Assembly: GCA_963801855.1 (NCBI GenBank)
Contig: CAWDGK010000003.1
Coordinates: 45,066-109,065 of the forward strand
DNA length: 64,000 nt
Direction: 5' to 3'
Origin: an uncultured Actinomycetes bacterium
GTDB taxonomy: Bacteria; Actinomycetota; Thermoleophilia; Gaiellales; Gaiellaceae
In this document: piece by piece, positions 17,469 to 27,690 of the stretch
Position numbering within the stretch: position 1 is the first letter of the stretch
Layout: each line of letters opens with the position of its first letter
Notes under the pieces: generated by a model
Told to the model about the DNA's origin: nothing
The model's input: only the letters and a program-made list of their open reading frames with translations
Database searches by the model: none
Translations under genes and position numbers: made by a program

Positions 17469-20400
17469 CTAGGGGCGAAGCACCGCTCGGCGAGGACCGG
17501 CCGTGAAGCCGGCCTCCACCAGCAGCTCCATCGCGTCCGTCTCGCCGATGGGCTCCCCGTCGAAGCGCTCGACCGCGAGGCGCTTTGCTCCGCGGCGGCT
17601 CTTCACGTGTCCGACCAGGGCGGAGAGCGCCGGTCGCAGCCACTCGGGATCAGGGTCGCGCAGAGGGACGAGCGTTTTTCCTCCACGCTCGACGAAGAGC
17701 GCTGCCTCGCCACCGAGCAGGACGACGTAGGCGCCGGCGACTCTCGCCGCTCGGGCCCCCGCCCGCTTCGGCCAGGGCACTGCGGCGCCGTAGGGCTGGG
17801 CCGGATCCGCTGCCGCAAGGACCTTGACCTCGAGCGTGTCGTCCTCCCTCGGTCGCAGCTCGCGAATCCGCTCGACGGCCCCGCCGAGCGCGAACTGCGC
17901 TCCGCCGAGGCCCTCGACGAAGTAGCCGCGGCGGCAGAGCCCGAGCGTCTCGAGCGCCTTCAACTCCCCGTAGACGGCGGAGTACCCTCCGGCGATCCCC
18001 TCCGCCCGGACGCCGTCACGGGTCACGATTCCCTGGCGCTCCAGCAGGAGCTCGGCGAGCGCCCGCGGATCCCGGTCGCCGACGAACAGGCGGTCGGTGA
18101 GCGACCAGCGACCCTGGGTGGCGGTGATCGCCGTCGCCCGACGGCGTGAGAACCGACGGGGCCGGCGCTCCGGCTTCGGCACCCCGTACCGACGACCGGC
18201 CCGGAGTGGCGTCCAGGCGTCGTTCGTGGCCTCTCCCGCCCACACGAGATCCCAGAGCGCAGGCAGGGCCTGCTCGGCATCCAGACCCGTCGCAGCCAGG
18301 AGGTCGAACCAGAACTCCGCGCTCTTCGAGAGCGCCTCGCGCAACCGGTCGTGCACCTCGCCCTCGGGCGCGTCCGTCCCATCCGGCTTGCCCAGAACGG
18401 AGGCGTCCTCGCGGAAGTACACGGCTACGCGGTCGAGCCCGGCGCCGATCCAGACGAGCTCCCCGGTCGCGCACAGCTGGTCGAGTTGCGCCGGCGCGTA
18501 GTTGGGCACCCGGCGCGGCAGGACCTCGGACTCCCAGAGCGCCACCGGCAGCGCAAGCCCCTGGAGCGGAACGAGCGCCTCGCGGAGCGTCGCCCGCCGG
18601 TCGATGCCCTGCCAGCCCGGCAGGAACCGGGCGAGGGCAACCTGCTCGACGGGCTCGACCTCCTTCCGAAGCGCCGCAAGCGACGCCCGCCTGATCCGGC
18701 GGAGAACGTCCGGGTCGCACCACTCCCGCTCGGTGCCACCGGGCCGCAGCTCTCCCCGCACCAGCTTTTCCTCCCGCTCGAGCGCGACGAGCTCCGCGTC
18801 GGCTCGCGCGCCCTCGATCCCGAACCGCGTGGCAGCCTCGCCCGTCGTGAAGGGGCCGCGGCCTCGCGCGAATCGTGCGAGCAGGGAGCGAAGAGGCTGC
18901 TCGGTGCTCTCGAGGAACGCGTCCGGCAAACCGCTCGGCGGCATGACGCCGAGCGCGTCCCGGTAGCGGCCCGCGTCCTCGGCGGCGATCAGCCGCTCCT
19001 CGCCGGCGACGCGCACGCGAACCGCCCGGCGCTCGGCCTCGAGCACCGCGGCAAACGCCTCGTCGAACTCGCCCGGCCGCTGGTCACCGCGTCGCAGCAG
19101 TAGGTCGTGAAGCCCGTCGGGGTCCTTCGCCTGGCCGGTCAGGCTCTGCTCCACCTGATCGAGCGCGCCCGGGTCGAGCAGGTCGCGTAGCTCCTCCTGG
19201 CCGAGCAGCTCGCGCAGGAGATCCTTGTCGAGCGACAACGCCTGCGCCCGCCGCTCGGCGGGAGGCGTGTCGTCCTCGTACATGTACGTCGCGATGTAGT
19301 CGAAGAGGAGCGAGGACGAATACGGCGACGCCGACGCGCTCTCGACGTCGACGAGGTCGATCTGCCGCGTCTTGATCCCGTGCAGCAGCCGCTTCAACGC
19401 CGGGAGGTCGAAGACGTCCTGGAGGCACTCCCGGAAGGTCTCGAGCATGACCGGAAACGAGCCGTACTTCTTCGCCACCTGGAGGAGGCTCTGGGCCTTC
19501 AGCCGCTGCTGCCAGAGCGGTGTGCGCTCACCGGGCCGGCGCCGCGGGATCAGGAGCGATCGCGCCGCGTTCTCGCGGAAGCGGGCGCCGAAGAGCGCGG
19601 TGCCGCCGAGCTCGCCCATGACGAGCTCGTCGATCTCGTCCGGGTCGAGGACGATCTGCTCGGTCGGAGGCGGCTGGTCCGGAGTCGGGGAAGTGGAGCG
19701 CGATGCCGTCGTCCGACCAGAGGACGGAGGCGTCGACTCCGAGCGACTCCTGGAGCCGCGCGGAGACGGCGAGCGCCCACGGGGCGTGCACCCGGGCGCC
19801 GAACGGCGTCAGGACGCAGACGCGCCAGTCGCCGATCTCGTCCTTGAAGCGCTCGACCACCACCGTGCGGTCGGATGGGACGACCCCGGTCGCCTGTTCC
19901 TGGTCGCGGATGAAGGTCATGAGGTTCTTCGCGGCGAGCGGATCGAGCGAATAGTCGTTCTGCAGTCGTTCGCCCGCGACGTCGTCGGAGAGCGATGCAA
20001 GCTCGCGGGAGGCCTTGCCGATCGCCTCGCCGAGCTCGTAGGGCCTCCCCGGCCCCTCGCCCTTCCAGAACGGAATCGCACCCGGAACACCGGGTGCCGG
20101 GGAAACGAGCACGCGGTCTCGTGTGATCTCCTCGATCCGCCAGGTGGAGGCGCCGAGCATGAACGTCTGGCCGGCGCGCGCCTCGTAGACCATCTCCTCG
20201 TCGAGTTCCCCGACCCGGCCGCCGCCGTCGACGAGGTGGACGCCGAAGAGGCCGCGGTCGGGGATCGTGCCGGCGTTCGTGACCGCGAGGCGCGCTGCCC
20301 CTCCCCGGCCGCGGATGACGCCGGCCGTCCGGTCCCAGACGATGCGGGGCCGCAGCTCGGCGAACTCGTCGGACGGGTACCGGCCGGCCAGCATGTCGAG

Positions 20401-21742
20401 CACGTTCTCGAGCTGGACGCGCGAGAGGTCGGCGAAGGGATAGGCGCGCTTGACGAGCCCGTGCAGCTCGTCGACCTCGATCTCCTCCTGCGAGGAGATC
20501 GCGACGATCTGCTGCGCCAGGACGTCGAGGGGGTTCCGAGGGATCTGCGTCTCCTCGATCGCGCCTTCCTTCATGCGCTTGACGACCACGGCCGACTCGA
20601 GCAGGTCGGCCCGGAACTTCGGGAAGACACGGCCCTTGGAGACGGAGCCGAGATCGTGGCCCGCGCGCCCGATCCGCTGGAGGCCGCGCGCGACCGACTT
20701 CGGGGACTCGACCTGGACGACGAGGTCGACGGCGCCCATGTCGATCCCGAGCTCGAGCGACGAGGTGGCGACGAGGCACGGGATCTCGCCGCGCTTGAGC
20801 AGCTCCTCGACCTCGAGCCGCTGCTCCCGGGCCAGCGAGCCGTGGTGGGCGCGCGCAATCTCCTTCTCCGCCAGTTCGTTGAGCCGCAGCGCCAGGCGCT
20901 CGGCAAGGCGGCGGTTGTTGACGAAGACGATCGTCGAGCGGTGCTGCTCGACCAGCTCGAGGAGGCGCGGGTAGATCGAGGGCCAGATCGACTGCGACGG
21001 AGCTTCGCCCCCGGTCCCGAGGATGTCGGTGATCTCCGCGTTCACACCGGGCTCCCGCATGTCCTCGAGCGGCACCACGACCTGGACGTCGAGCTCCTTC
21101 GAGCGGCCGGCGTCGACCAGCTCGATCGGACGGCCCCCTGCGACGAACTTGCCGATCTCCTCCATCGGGTCGCTGGGTCGCGGAGAGCCCGATCCGCTGG
21201 AACGGCTCGTCTGTGAGCCGCTCGAGCCGCTCGATCGTCAGCGCCAGGTGGGCGCCGCGCTTCGTCCCTGCGACGGCGTGCACCTCGTCGAGGATCAGCG
21301 TCCGGACCCCGGCCAGGGTCTCACGGGCCTTCGAGGTCAGCATCAGGTAGAGCGACTCGGGCGTCGTGATCAGGAGGTCGGGCGGCTCGCGGAGCAGCTT
21401 CTGCCGCTCCTTCTGCGGTGTGTCGCCCGTGCGGACCGCGACCTTCACCTGCGCCTGCAGTCCGGCAAGCGGCCCGCGAAGGTTCCGCTCGATGTCGTAG
21501 TTGAGCGCCTTGAGCGGCGAGACGTAGACGAGGCGCGTCCCCTCCCCCGGCTCCGCGACGAGCCGGTCGAGCCCGTAGAGGAAGGCCGCGAGCGTCTTTC
21601 CGGACCCTGTGGGAGCCTGGATCAGCGTGTGCGCGCCGGAGGCGATCTTCGGCCAGCCGAGCTCCTGCGCGGGGGTCGGACCGTCGAACGTCTGCTCGAA
21701 CCAGGTGCGCGTCCCGGGGCTGAAAACGGAGAGCGCGTCCAT
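17469..21742 (-). pseudogene. lhr: Lhr-type large ATP-dependent DEAD/DEAH helicase, split into three frames
   Basis: ORF 19550..21742 carries APTGSGKT, DEVH and SAT (RIGLSATQRP). The sequence continues in ORF 19528..21165 (MEEIGKFVAGGRPIELVD...) after one extra nucleotide at about 21166. It changes frame again near 19690 into ORF 17469..19619 (ELGGTALFGARFRENAARSLLIPRRRPGERTPLWQQR..., the Lhr C-terminal domain). Confidence 0.88.
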
Positions 21743-21794
21743 GCCTCCAGGGTAGCCAGTGAGACAATCCTCACCATGGCCGATCTCGGACGCG

Positions 21795-22578
21795 ATGTTC
21801 AGCGGCCCCGCCGAGATCTACGACCGGTTCGTGGGTCGCTACAGCCCCCGGCTCGCCCGCGCCATGTGCGAGGCGGCGGGTGTCGAGCCGGGACAGACGG
21901 CGCTCGACGTCGGCTGCGGCTCCGGCGCGCTCGTCGGCGGCGCTGGCGGACGTCCTCGGCGCGGAGAACGTCGCGGGCGTCGACACCTCCGAGCCGTTCG
22001 TCGAGGCGACGCGAGCCAGGGTGCCGGAAGCCCGAATCGTCGTGGGGCCGGCCGAGTCGCTGCCGTTCGCCGACGGCGAGTTCGACGCGACCCTGTCGCA
22101 GCTCGTGGTCAACTTCCTGTCCGATCCTGAGCAGGGCCTGCGTGAGATGTCGCGGGTGACCCGCCCGGGTGGAGTCGTCGCCGGCTGCGTGTGGGACTAC
22201 GGCGGCGAGATGACGATGCTCCGGACCTTCTGGGACGCGGCGATCGCGCTCGATCCGGAACGGGCGGCAGGGCTGATGGAGTCGCACACGATGCGGTTCT
22301 CACACCCCGACGAGCTCGCGGAGCTCTGGCGAGTCTCAGGCCTGGGGGACGTCGACGTCTCTCCGCTCGTCGTCGAGGCCTCATACGACGACTTCGAGGA
22401 CCTCTGGGCGCCGTTCCCGACGGGTGTCGGCCCGGCCGGCGCGTACACGGCGAGTCTCGAGGCCGAAGGCCAGGCGCAGCTGCGCGAGGAGTACGCCCGA
22501 CGCCTCGGCGAACCGGAAGGTCCCTTCACGCTGTCCGCGCGAGCCTGGTGCGCGGTCGGCCGGGTCAGCGGCGAGTGA
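21795..22578 (+). pseudogene. Class I SAM-dependent methyltransferase with a frame disruption near 21930
   Basis: Frame 3 reads MFSGPAEIYDRFVGRYSPRLARAMCEAAGVEPGQTALDVGCGSGAL. The sequence then continues in ORF 21880..22578 (AALADVLGAENVAGVDTSEPFVEATRARV...). Removing one nucleotide (GCG CTC [G] TCG GCG) joins the two parts. Confidence 0.8.
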
Positions 22579-23438
22579 CCTACTCGATCGTCGCCCGCGA
22601 TGCCGAGACCGGGGAGCTGGGCGTCGCCGTCCAGTCACGGGCGTTTCGAAGCGGCGGAGCAGTGCCGTTCGCGATCCCCGGCGTCGGGGTTGTCGCGAGC
22701 CAGGCATTCAGCGAGCGAAGCTACGGCCCGCTCGGCCTCGAGCTGCTCGGAGCAGGGAAGACGCCGCAACAGGCGCTCGCCGAGCTGACGGCGGCAGACC
22801 CGCTTTCGGAGGTGCGTCAGGTTGCGGTGCTGGCAGCCGACGGAAGTGTCGCGGTGCACACCGGCTCGCACTGCATCCCTGCCGCGGGTCACAGGATCGG
22901 CGACGGAGTCAGCGCCCAGGCGAACTGCGTCGAGGCTCCGGCGGTGTGGGAGAGCATGGTCGACGCGTTCTCCGCGGCGAAGGGGCCGCTCACCCACCGG
23001 CTGCTCGCGGCGCTCGACGCCGCCGAGGAGGCAGGCGGCGACTGGCGTGGGCGGCAGGCGGCGGGAATCCTCGTCGTCGCCGCCGAGGCAGCGCCCTGGG
23101 AAACCGTTTGCGACCTCCGCGTGGACGACCATCCGGAGCCGCTGGAGGAGCTGAGGCGACTCGTCCTGCTCCACGGTGCCTACACGGTCATGGGCGAGGT
23201 GGACGGAAGCGCCGACATCGCCCGGGCGGCGAAGATGGCCGATCTCGACATCGGTTTCGCGGAGATCCTCGACGCGGCGCGGGCGGGTGAGATCGCCCGT
23301 GGACGGGAGTTGATTGCGGAACTCTGCGTGAAGGACGAGCGGTGGCGCCACTACCTGCGCGCGCTGGCCGACCTCGACTACCTACCGCACGCCGACGAGT
23401 TGCTCGCCGACGGCGGGCTCAGCGCCAGCTCAGGCTGA
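22575..23438 (+). CDS. DUF1028-type (Ntn-hydrolase-like) protein
   Basis: The GTG at 22575 overlaps the methyltransferase stop (GTGA). The N-terminus TYSIVARDAETGELGVAVQS is typical of this family. Confidence 0.7.
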   Translation: MTYSIVARDAETGELGVAVQSRAFRSGGAVPFAIPGVGVVASQAFSERSYGPLGLELLGAGKTPQQALAELTAADPLSEVRQVAVLAADGSVAVHTGSHCIPAAGHRIGDGVSAQANCVEAPAVWESMVDAFSAAKGPLTHRLLAALDAAEEAGGDWRGRQAAGILVVAAEAAPWETVCDLRVDDHPEPLEELRRLVLLHGAYTVMGEVDGSADIARAAKMADLDIGFAEILDAARAGEIARGRELIAELCVKDERWRHYLRALADLDYLPHADELLADGGLSASSG

Positions 23439-25353
23439 CGACCTCCACGGGGGCGGAAATCCCCTTCAGCTCCACGGATCGGGGCGCGGTGCTCGCGATG
23501 CCGCGTAGATCCTCCGCCGTCGCCCGGCTGGCCACGATCTCCCCGGCGTCTGCAAGGCCGCCGATCCGGGCGGCCTCGTGGACGCCCTTGCCCCAGTAGC
23601 CGCCGCGGGCCTGCTCCGCTTCGGCGGCGTGGAGCCCTGCGCGAACCTGGGGCGCGAAACCGTGGGTCCGCCGATGCTCGGCCAGCGAGCGCTGAATCGC
23701 GACCGCGCACTCAGCCGCGCTCTGCGGCTCCGGGAAGGCAACGAAAAATCCGTCTCCTGCGTGGTCGACCTCCTCTCCCGAGTGCTCGGCGAAGAGCGCA
23801 CGCAGCTTCCGGTCGTGCCAGGCGACCAGGCTCTGCCACGCCTCGTCGCCGATCGCGTCGATGAGGGGAGTGGAGTCGCAGATGTCCGTGAACAGAAACG
23901 TGCGCCCGGCTCGTACGGCCTCGTCACCGGTCATCGAGGCGAGCGCTCTGCCGGCAAGACCCGCATCGCGGGTGGCCCCGAGACGTTCGAAGGTCGCGTG
24001 CGCCGTGCGCAGCTCGAGCTCGGCGCTCGACCCGTCGCCGTCGAGACGCTCGGCCTCCGCGAGAAACGTCCGCACGCGTGCAGCCTCGTAGGGCGCCTCG
24101 ACCTCGTGGAACAGCTTGACGGCGCGCCGCAGCTCGCGGAGCGCGATCGGCAGGTCGCGACGGTCGAGCGCCACGGCACCGTCGGCCGCCGCCGAGCACG
24201 CGAACATCGAGGCGGAGCCGTAGTCCTTCGCACCGGCACGCAATTCGTTCGCCGCGGCCTCCGCAGCCTCCGCGTCGCCGGCAGCCAGTGCGACCTCCAC
24301 GGCGTAGGGCAGCAGCCTGACTCTGCGGAGCCGGTCGTTCGTCTCGGCGAGAACACGCTCCATGCCCCGTTTGGCCGCCTCCGTCTCGCCGCGGGCGAGG
24401 TGCAGGAGAGCGATCCCCGGATGCGGGTCGGTGCCGAGGGCGTGCGCCTCACGGAACGACTTCTCGGCCGCGTCGAGCTCTCCCATGCGCAACTGCAGCT
24501 CGCCGAGCTCGTAGAACGCGAGGCCGGCGACGTCCGGCGCGAAATCCTGCAGCTCGTCAACCGCGCGGTGAATCTCCTGCTCGGCCTCGACCCAGCTCCC
24601 GCGGAGCCGCATGACCTCCGCGCGATTGACACGGCAGACCCCCGGGAATCCGCTGATCGCCTGGCGGTCGCACCAGCGCTTGGCCGCCTCCGTCCAGTCG
24701 CCGGCCCGGGCGTAGTCACCGAGGTCACGGCACGCGGAGATGATCCCGCAGTAGACGATCGCGGTCGTGTAGGGGTAGAGCTCTCCGCTCACCGCCGCAA
24801 CCGTCGCCTCGTCGAGCAGGGCCAGACCGTCGTCCACCTGGCCCTGATGGACGAGGATCGTGCCCTTGTCGTGGAGGCCGAGCGCCATCAGGTTCCGCTC
24901 GCCGTGCTTCGTCCCGATCTCGATCGTCTCCTCGGCGTAGCCGAGCGCGCTCTCGTAGTCGCCCGAGCGCATGGCGAGCCTGGCGCGCGTGCGAACGAGG
25001 TAGCCGTACTCGACGGTGTCGGTCCTGTCGGCCAGGTGACGCTCCGCGCGCGTGAACCAGGCCTTCGCGAGCGGCGAGCGCTTGTGCTCGAGCTCTCGGG
25101 CGACCTTGAGCGCGAGCACACCGGCCCGCGGCTCGTCTCCTTGCTCCAGCCGGGCCGCGTAGGCGCGGGTGCGGGCGTCGATGCACTCGTCGACCCGCCC
25201 TGTCCACCACGCGACCTCGCCGAGCATCTCGAGCTCGTCGGGGTCGGTGATGTCCGATCCCTCGGTCTCGCGCAAGAGCGCGTACGCATCCGGCCAGGCG
25301 CCGGCCGCGGCTGCCGCTCGAGCCTCTTCCAGCCTGTTCGCGACCTCGGTCAC
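23419..25353 (-). CDS. TPR-repeat protein with C-terminal class III adenylate/guanylate cyclase domain
   Basis: 644 aa. The ~450 aa helical-repeat N-terminal part is followed by RTFLFTDICDSTPL...HAGDGFFVAFPEP...VRAGLHAAEA. Confidence 0.85.
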   Translation of the reverse strand: MTEVANRLEEARAAAAAGAWPDAYALLRETEGSDITDPDELEMLGEVAWWTGRVDECIDARTRAYAARLEQGDEPRAGVLALKVARELEHKRSPLAKAWFTRAERHLADRTDTVEYGYLVRTRARLAMRSGDYESALGYAEETIEIGTKHGERNLMALGLHDKGTILVHQGQVDDGLALLDEATVAAVSGELYPYTTAIVYCGIISACRDLGDYARAGDWTEAAKRWCDRQAISGFPGVCRVNRAEVMRLRGSWVEAEQEIHRAVDELQDFAPDVAGLAFYELGELQLRMGELDAAEKSFREAHALGTDPHPGIALLHLARGETEAAKRGMERVLAETNDRLRRVRLLPYAVEVALAAGDAEAAEAAANELRAGAKDYGSASMFACSAAADGAVALDRRDLPIALRELRRAVKLFHEVEAPYEAARVRTFLAEAERLDGDGSSAELELRTAHATFERLGATRDAGLAGRALASMTGDEAVRAGRTFLFTDICDSTPLIDAIGDEAWQSLVAWHDRKLRALFAEHSGEEVDHAGDGFFVAFPEPQSAAECAVAIQRSLAEHRRTHGFAPQVRAGLHAAEAEQARGGYWGKGVHEAARIGGLADAGEIVASRATAEDLRGIASTAPRSVELKGISAPVEVVSLSWR

Positions 25354-25373
25354 TTCTCTAGGATCGTACTCCG

Positions 25374-25937
25374 GTGCCCGCCACTGACAACCGCCTCCAC
25401 TTCACGCCGAGCGACGAGGCGAACGAGCTCCTCGCGCGCGACCCACTGGCACTCCTGATCGGGTTCGCGCTCGACCAGCAAGTCACGGTTCAGACCGCAT
25501 TCGCGGGCCCGCTGAAGCTGAAGGAGCGGCTCGGCACCCTCGACGCCGGCGAGCTCGCGTCGATGGAACCCGATCGGCTCGAGGCCGCTTTCCGCGAGAA
25601 GCCCGCCGTGCACCGCTTTCCGGGCGCCATGGCCGGGCGGGTGCGTGAGCTCTGCGCCGTGGTCGAGGACGAGTACGGCGGCGATGCGTCGCGGCTCTGG
25701 CACGAGGCCGGTGACTCTGCCGAGCTCAGACGCCGGATCGAGGCGCTGCCGGGCTTCGGCCAGATGAAGGTCAAAGCCCTGAGCGCGGTCCTCTTCAAGC
25801 GCTTCGGCGTCGAGGCGGCCGCGGAGCTGACCCCGTCGCACATGACGCTCGGCGACGTCGATTCCCTCGAAGCCCTCGACCGGTACCAGGCAGCGAAACG
25901 GGAGCACAAGGCGAAGCTGCGCGCTCAGCGCGCGTGA
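25374..25937 (+). CDS. HhH-GPD family base-excision repair protein
   Basis: 187 aa. The helix-hairpin-helix region is LPGFGQMKVKALSAVLFKRFG. The stop overlaps the next start (GTGA). Confidence 0.7.
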   Translation: MPATDNRLHFTPSDEANELLARDPLALLIGFALDQQVTVQTAFAGPLKLKERLGTLDAGELASMEPDRLEAAFREKPAVHRFPGAMAGRVRELCAVVEDEYGGDASRLWHEAGDSAELRRRIEALPGFGQMKVKALSAVLFKRFGVEAAAELTPSHMTLGDVDSLEALDRYQAAKREHKAKLRAQRA

Positions 25938-26725
25938 GAGACCGACCGGGCGCCCTCGTCTACGTCACACGCGCAGCCCCGGTCGAGTGGGAGCTGCTGC
26001 TCTTCGACGTGGTGGACGAGCCCGGCTACACGGCGATCGTGCCGGGCGGCGGAATCGAGCCCGGTGAAACGGCGGAGGACGCGGGGATCCGGGAAGTGCT
26101 GGAGGAGACCGGCCTCGAGGTCAGGATCCTTCGCGAGCTGGGCGTCGACGAGGGAACGCACTTTTTCCAGGCGATGCCGCTCGGCCCGACCGACGACGAG
26201 TGGTTCCTTGGCGACGGCGAGGTTCGCTGCTACTGGGTGCCGATCGACGCGAACCTGAAGGTCTGGGGCCGGCGCGGCGACCTGTTGCCGAAACTGCGCA
26301 GGCAGCGTGTGCTCGCCTATGTCACCCGGGACGCGGAGGCAGGCCGGGAGCTGCTCGTCTTCGAGCACCGCGACTACCCCGAGGCCGGCGTGCAGGTGCC
26401 TGCCGGCCGTCTCGATCCCGGAGAGGACCTGGTTCCCGCCCTCTTCCGTGAGATCGAGGAGGAGTCCGGGCTGACCGGCCTGCAGGTGGTTCGGGAGCTG
26501 CCGGGATTCGAGGACCACTATCCCTCGAAGTACGAGAACCACGGCTACCACCTCGTGCCGATCGAGCCGCTGCCCGACGAGTGGGACCACGTCGTCCAGG
26601 GCGGCGGCGACGACGCCGGTTTGGTGTTCCGGTACCGCTGGGAGCCGATCGAGCCCGAACTTCACCTGTTCGAGCGACCCCATCCACTGATTCACCTGCT
26701 CCTGCAGCCGATAGAGAACGTGTGA
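25934..26725 (+). CDS. Nudix hydrolase with two Nudix domains
   Basis: There are two Nudix boxes: GGGIEPGETAEDAGIREVLEETGL and AGRLDPGEDLVPALFREIEEESGL. Confidence 0.8.
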   Translation: MRDRPGALVYVTRAAPVEWELLLFDVVDEPGYTAIVPGGGIEPGETAEDAGIREVLEETGLEVRILRELGVDEGTHFFQAMPLGPTDDEWFLGDGEVRCYWVPIDANLKVWGRRGDLLPKLRRQRVLAYVTRDAEAGRELLVFEHRDYPEAGVQVPAGRLDPGEDLVPALFREIEEESGLTGLQVVRELPGFEDHYPSKYENHGYHLVPIEPLPDEWDHVVQGGGDDAGLVFRYRWEPIEPELHLFERPHPLIHLLLQPIENV

Positions 26726-27651
26726 GAGCTGCGCTCCTCTTCGTCATCGGCGTCGCCCTGCTCGTCGGCGGCAAGCCGGCAGAGGCGCTACGCCATCCGG
26801 CGGCGCCGCGATGCCCCGTCTTCCCGGCTTCGAACGCCTGGAACAAGCGGGTCGACCGACTGCCTGTCGCAGCGAACTCGGCGGCGATCGTCAACTCGAT
26901 CGGCGCCTCGGAGACGCTCCACCCGGACTTCGGTTCGGGGCTCTGGGAAGGCGCGCCTATCGGGATCCCGATCACGGTCGTCCGGCGCAGCCAGCCCAAG
27001 ACGCGCGTCCAGTTCGAGTACGCCGACGAGAGCGACCGTGGGCCCTATCCCATCCCGCGCAACGTCAAGATCGAGGGCGGCCGCTCGTCGGACGGCGATC
27101 GCCACGCCCTGATCCTCGACCGCGACAACTGCCGGCTCTACGAGCTCTTCGCCCTCTACCCCGCCTCCGGCGGCGGCTGGCGCGCCGGCTCCGGTGCGAT
27201 CTGGAACCTGAGGACGAACCGGCTGCGCCCCGCAGGATGGACATCGGCCGACGCCGCAGGCCTGCCCATCCTTCCCGGCCTGGCTCGCTACGACGAGGTC
27301 GCGCGCGGACGCATCGACCATGCGCTTCGCTTCACGGTCAGCCGGACGCGCCGCGCCTACGTCTACCCCGCCCGGCATCACGCGAGTAGCGCCACGGACC
27401 CGAACCTGCCGCCGATGGGCCTTCGCCTCCGGCTGAAAGCGAGCTTCTCCACCGCCGGCTATCCCCGCCAGGCCCGCATCGTCCTCGAGGCGCTGAAGCG
27501 CTACGGGATGCTGGTCTCCGACAACGGCTCGGACTGGTACATCACCGGCGCCCCCGACCCTCGGTGGTCGAACGATCAGCTGCGCGCGCTCAAGCGAGTC
27601 CCGGGCTCGGCCTTCGAGGTCGTCGACACCTCGCGGCTCCGTCCTCGCTGA
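26722..27651 (+). CDS. Secreted/membrane-anchored hypothetical protein
   Basis: The GTG at 26722 overlaps the Nudix stop. The N-terminal hydrophobic segment is AALLFVIGVALLVGG. The rest has a globular, non-shadow composition. Confidence 0.65.
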   Translation: MRAALLFVIGVALLVGGKPAEALRHPAAPRCPVFPASNAWNKRVDRLPVAANSAAIVNSIGASETLHPDFGSGLWEGAPIGIPITVVRRSQPKTRVQFEYADESDRGPYPIPRNVKIEGGRSSDGDRHALILDRDNCRLYELFALYPASGGGWRAGSGAIWNLRTNRLRPAGWTSADAAGLPILPGLARYDEVARGRIDHALRFTVSRTRRAYVYPARHHASSATDPNLPPMGLRLRLKASFSTAGYPRQARIVLEALKRYGMLVSDNGSDWYITGAPDPRWSNDQLRALKRVPGSAFEVVDTSRLRPR

Positions 27652-27690
27652 ACTAGCGGTCAGACCGAATCTCGGTCACAATCTCCGTGC

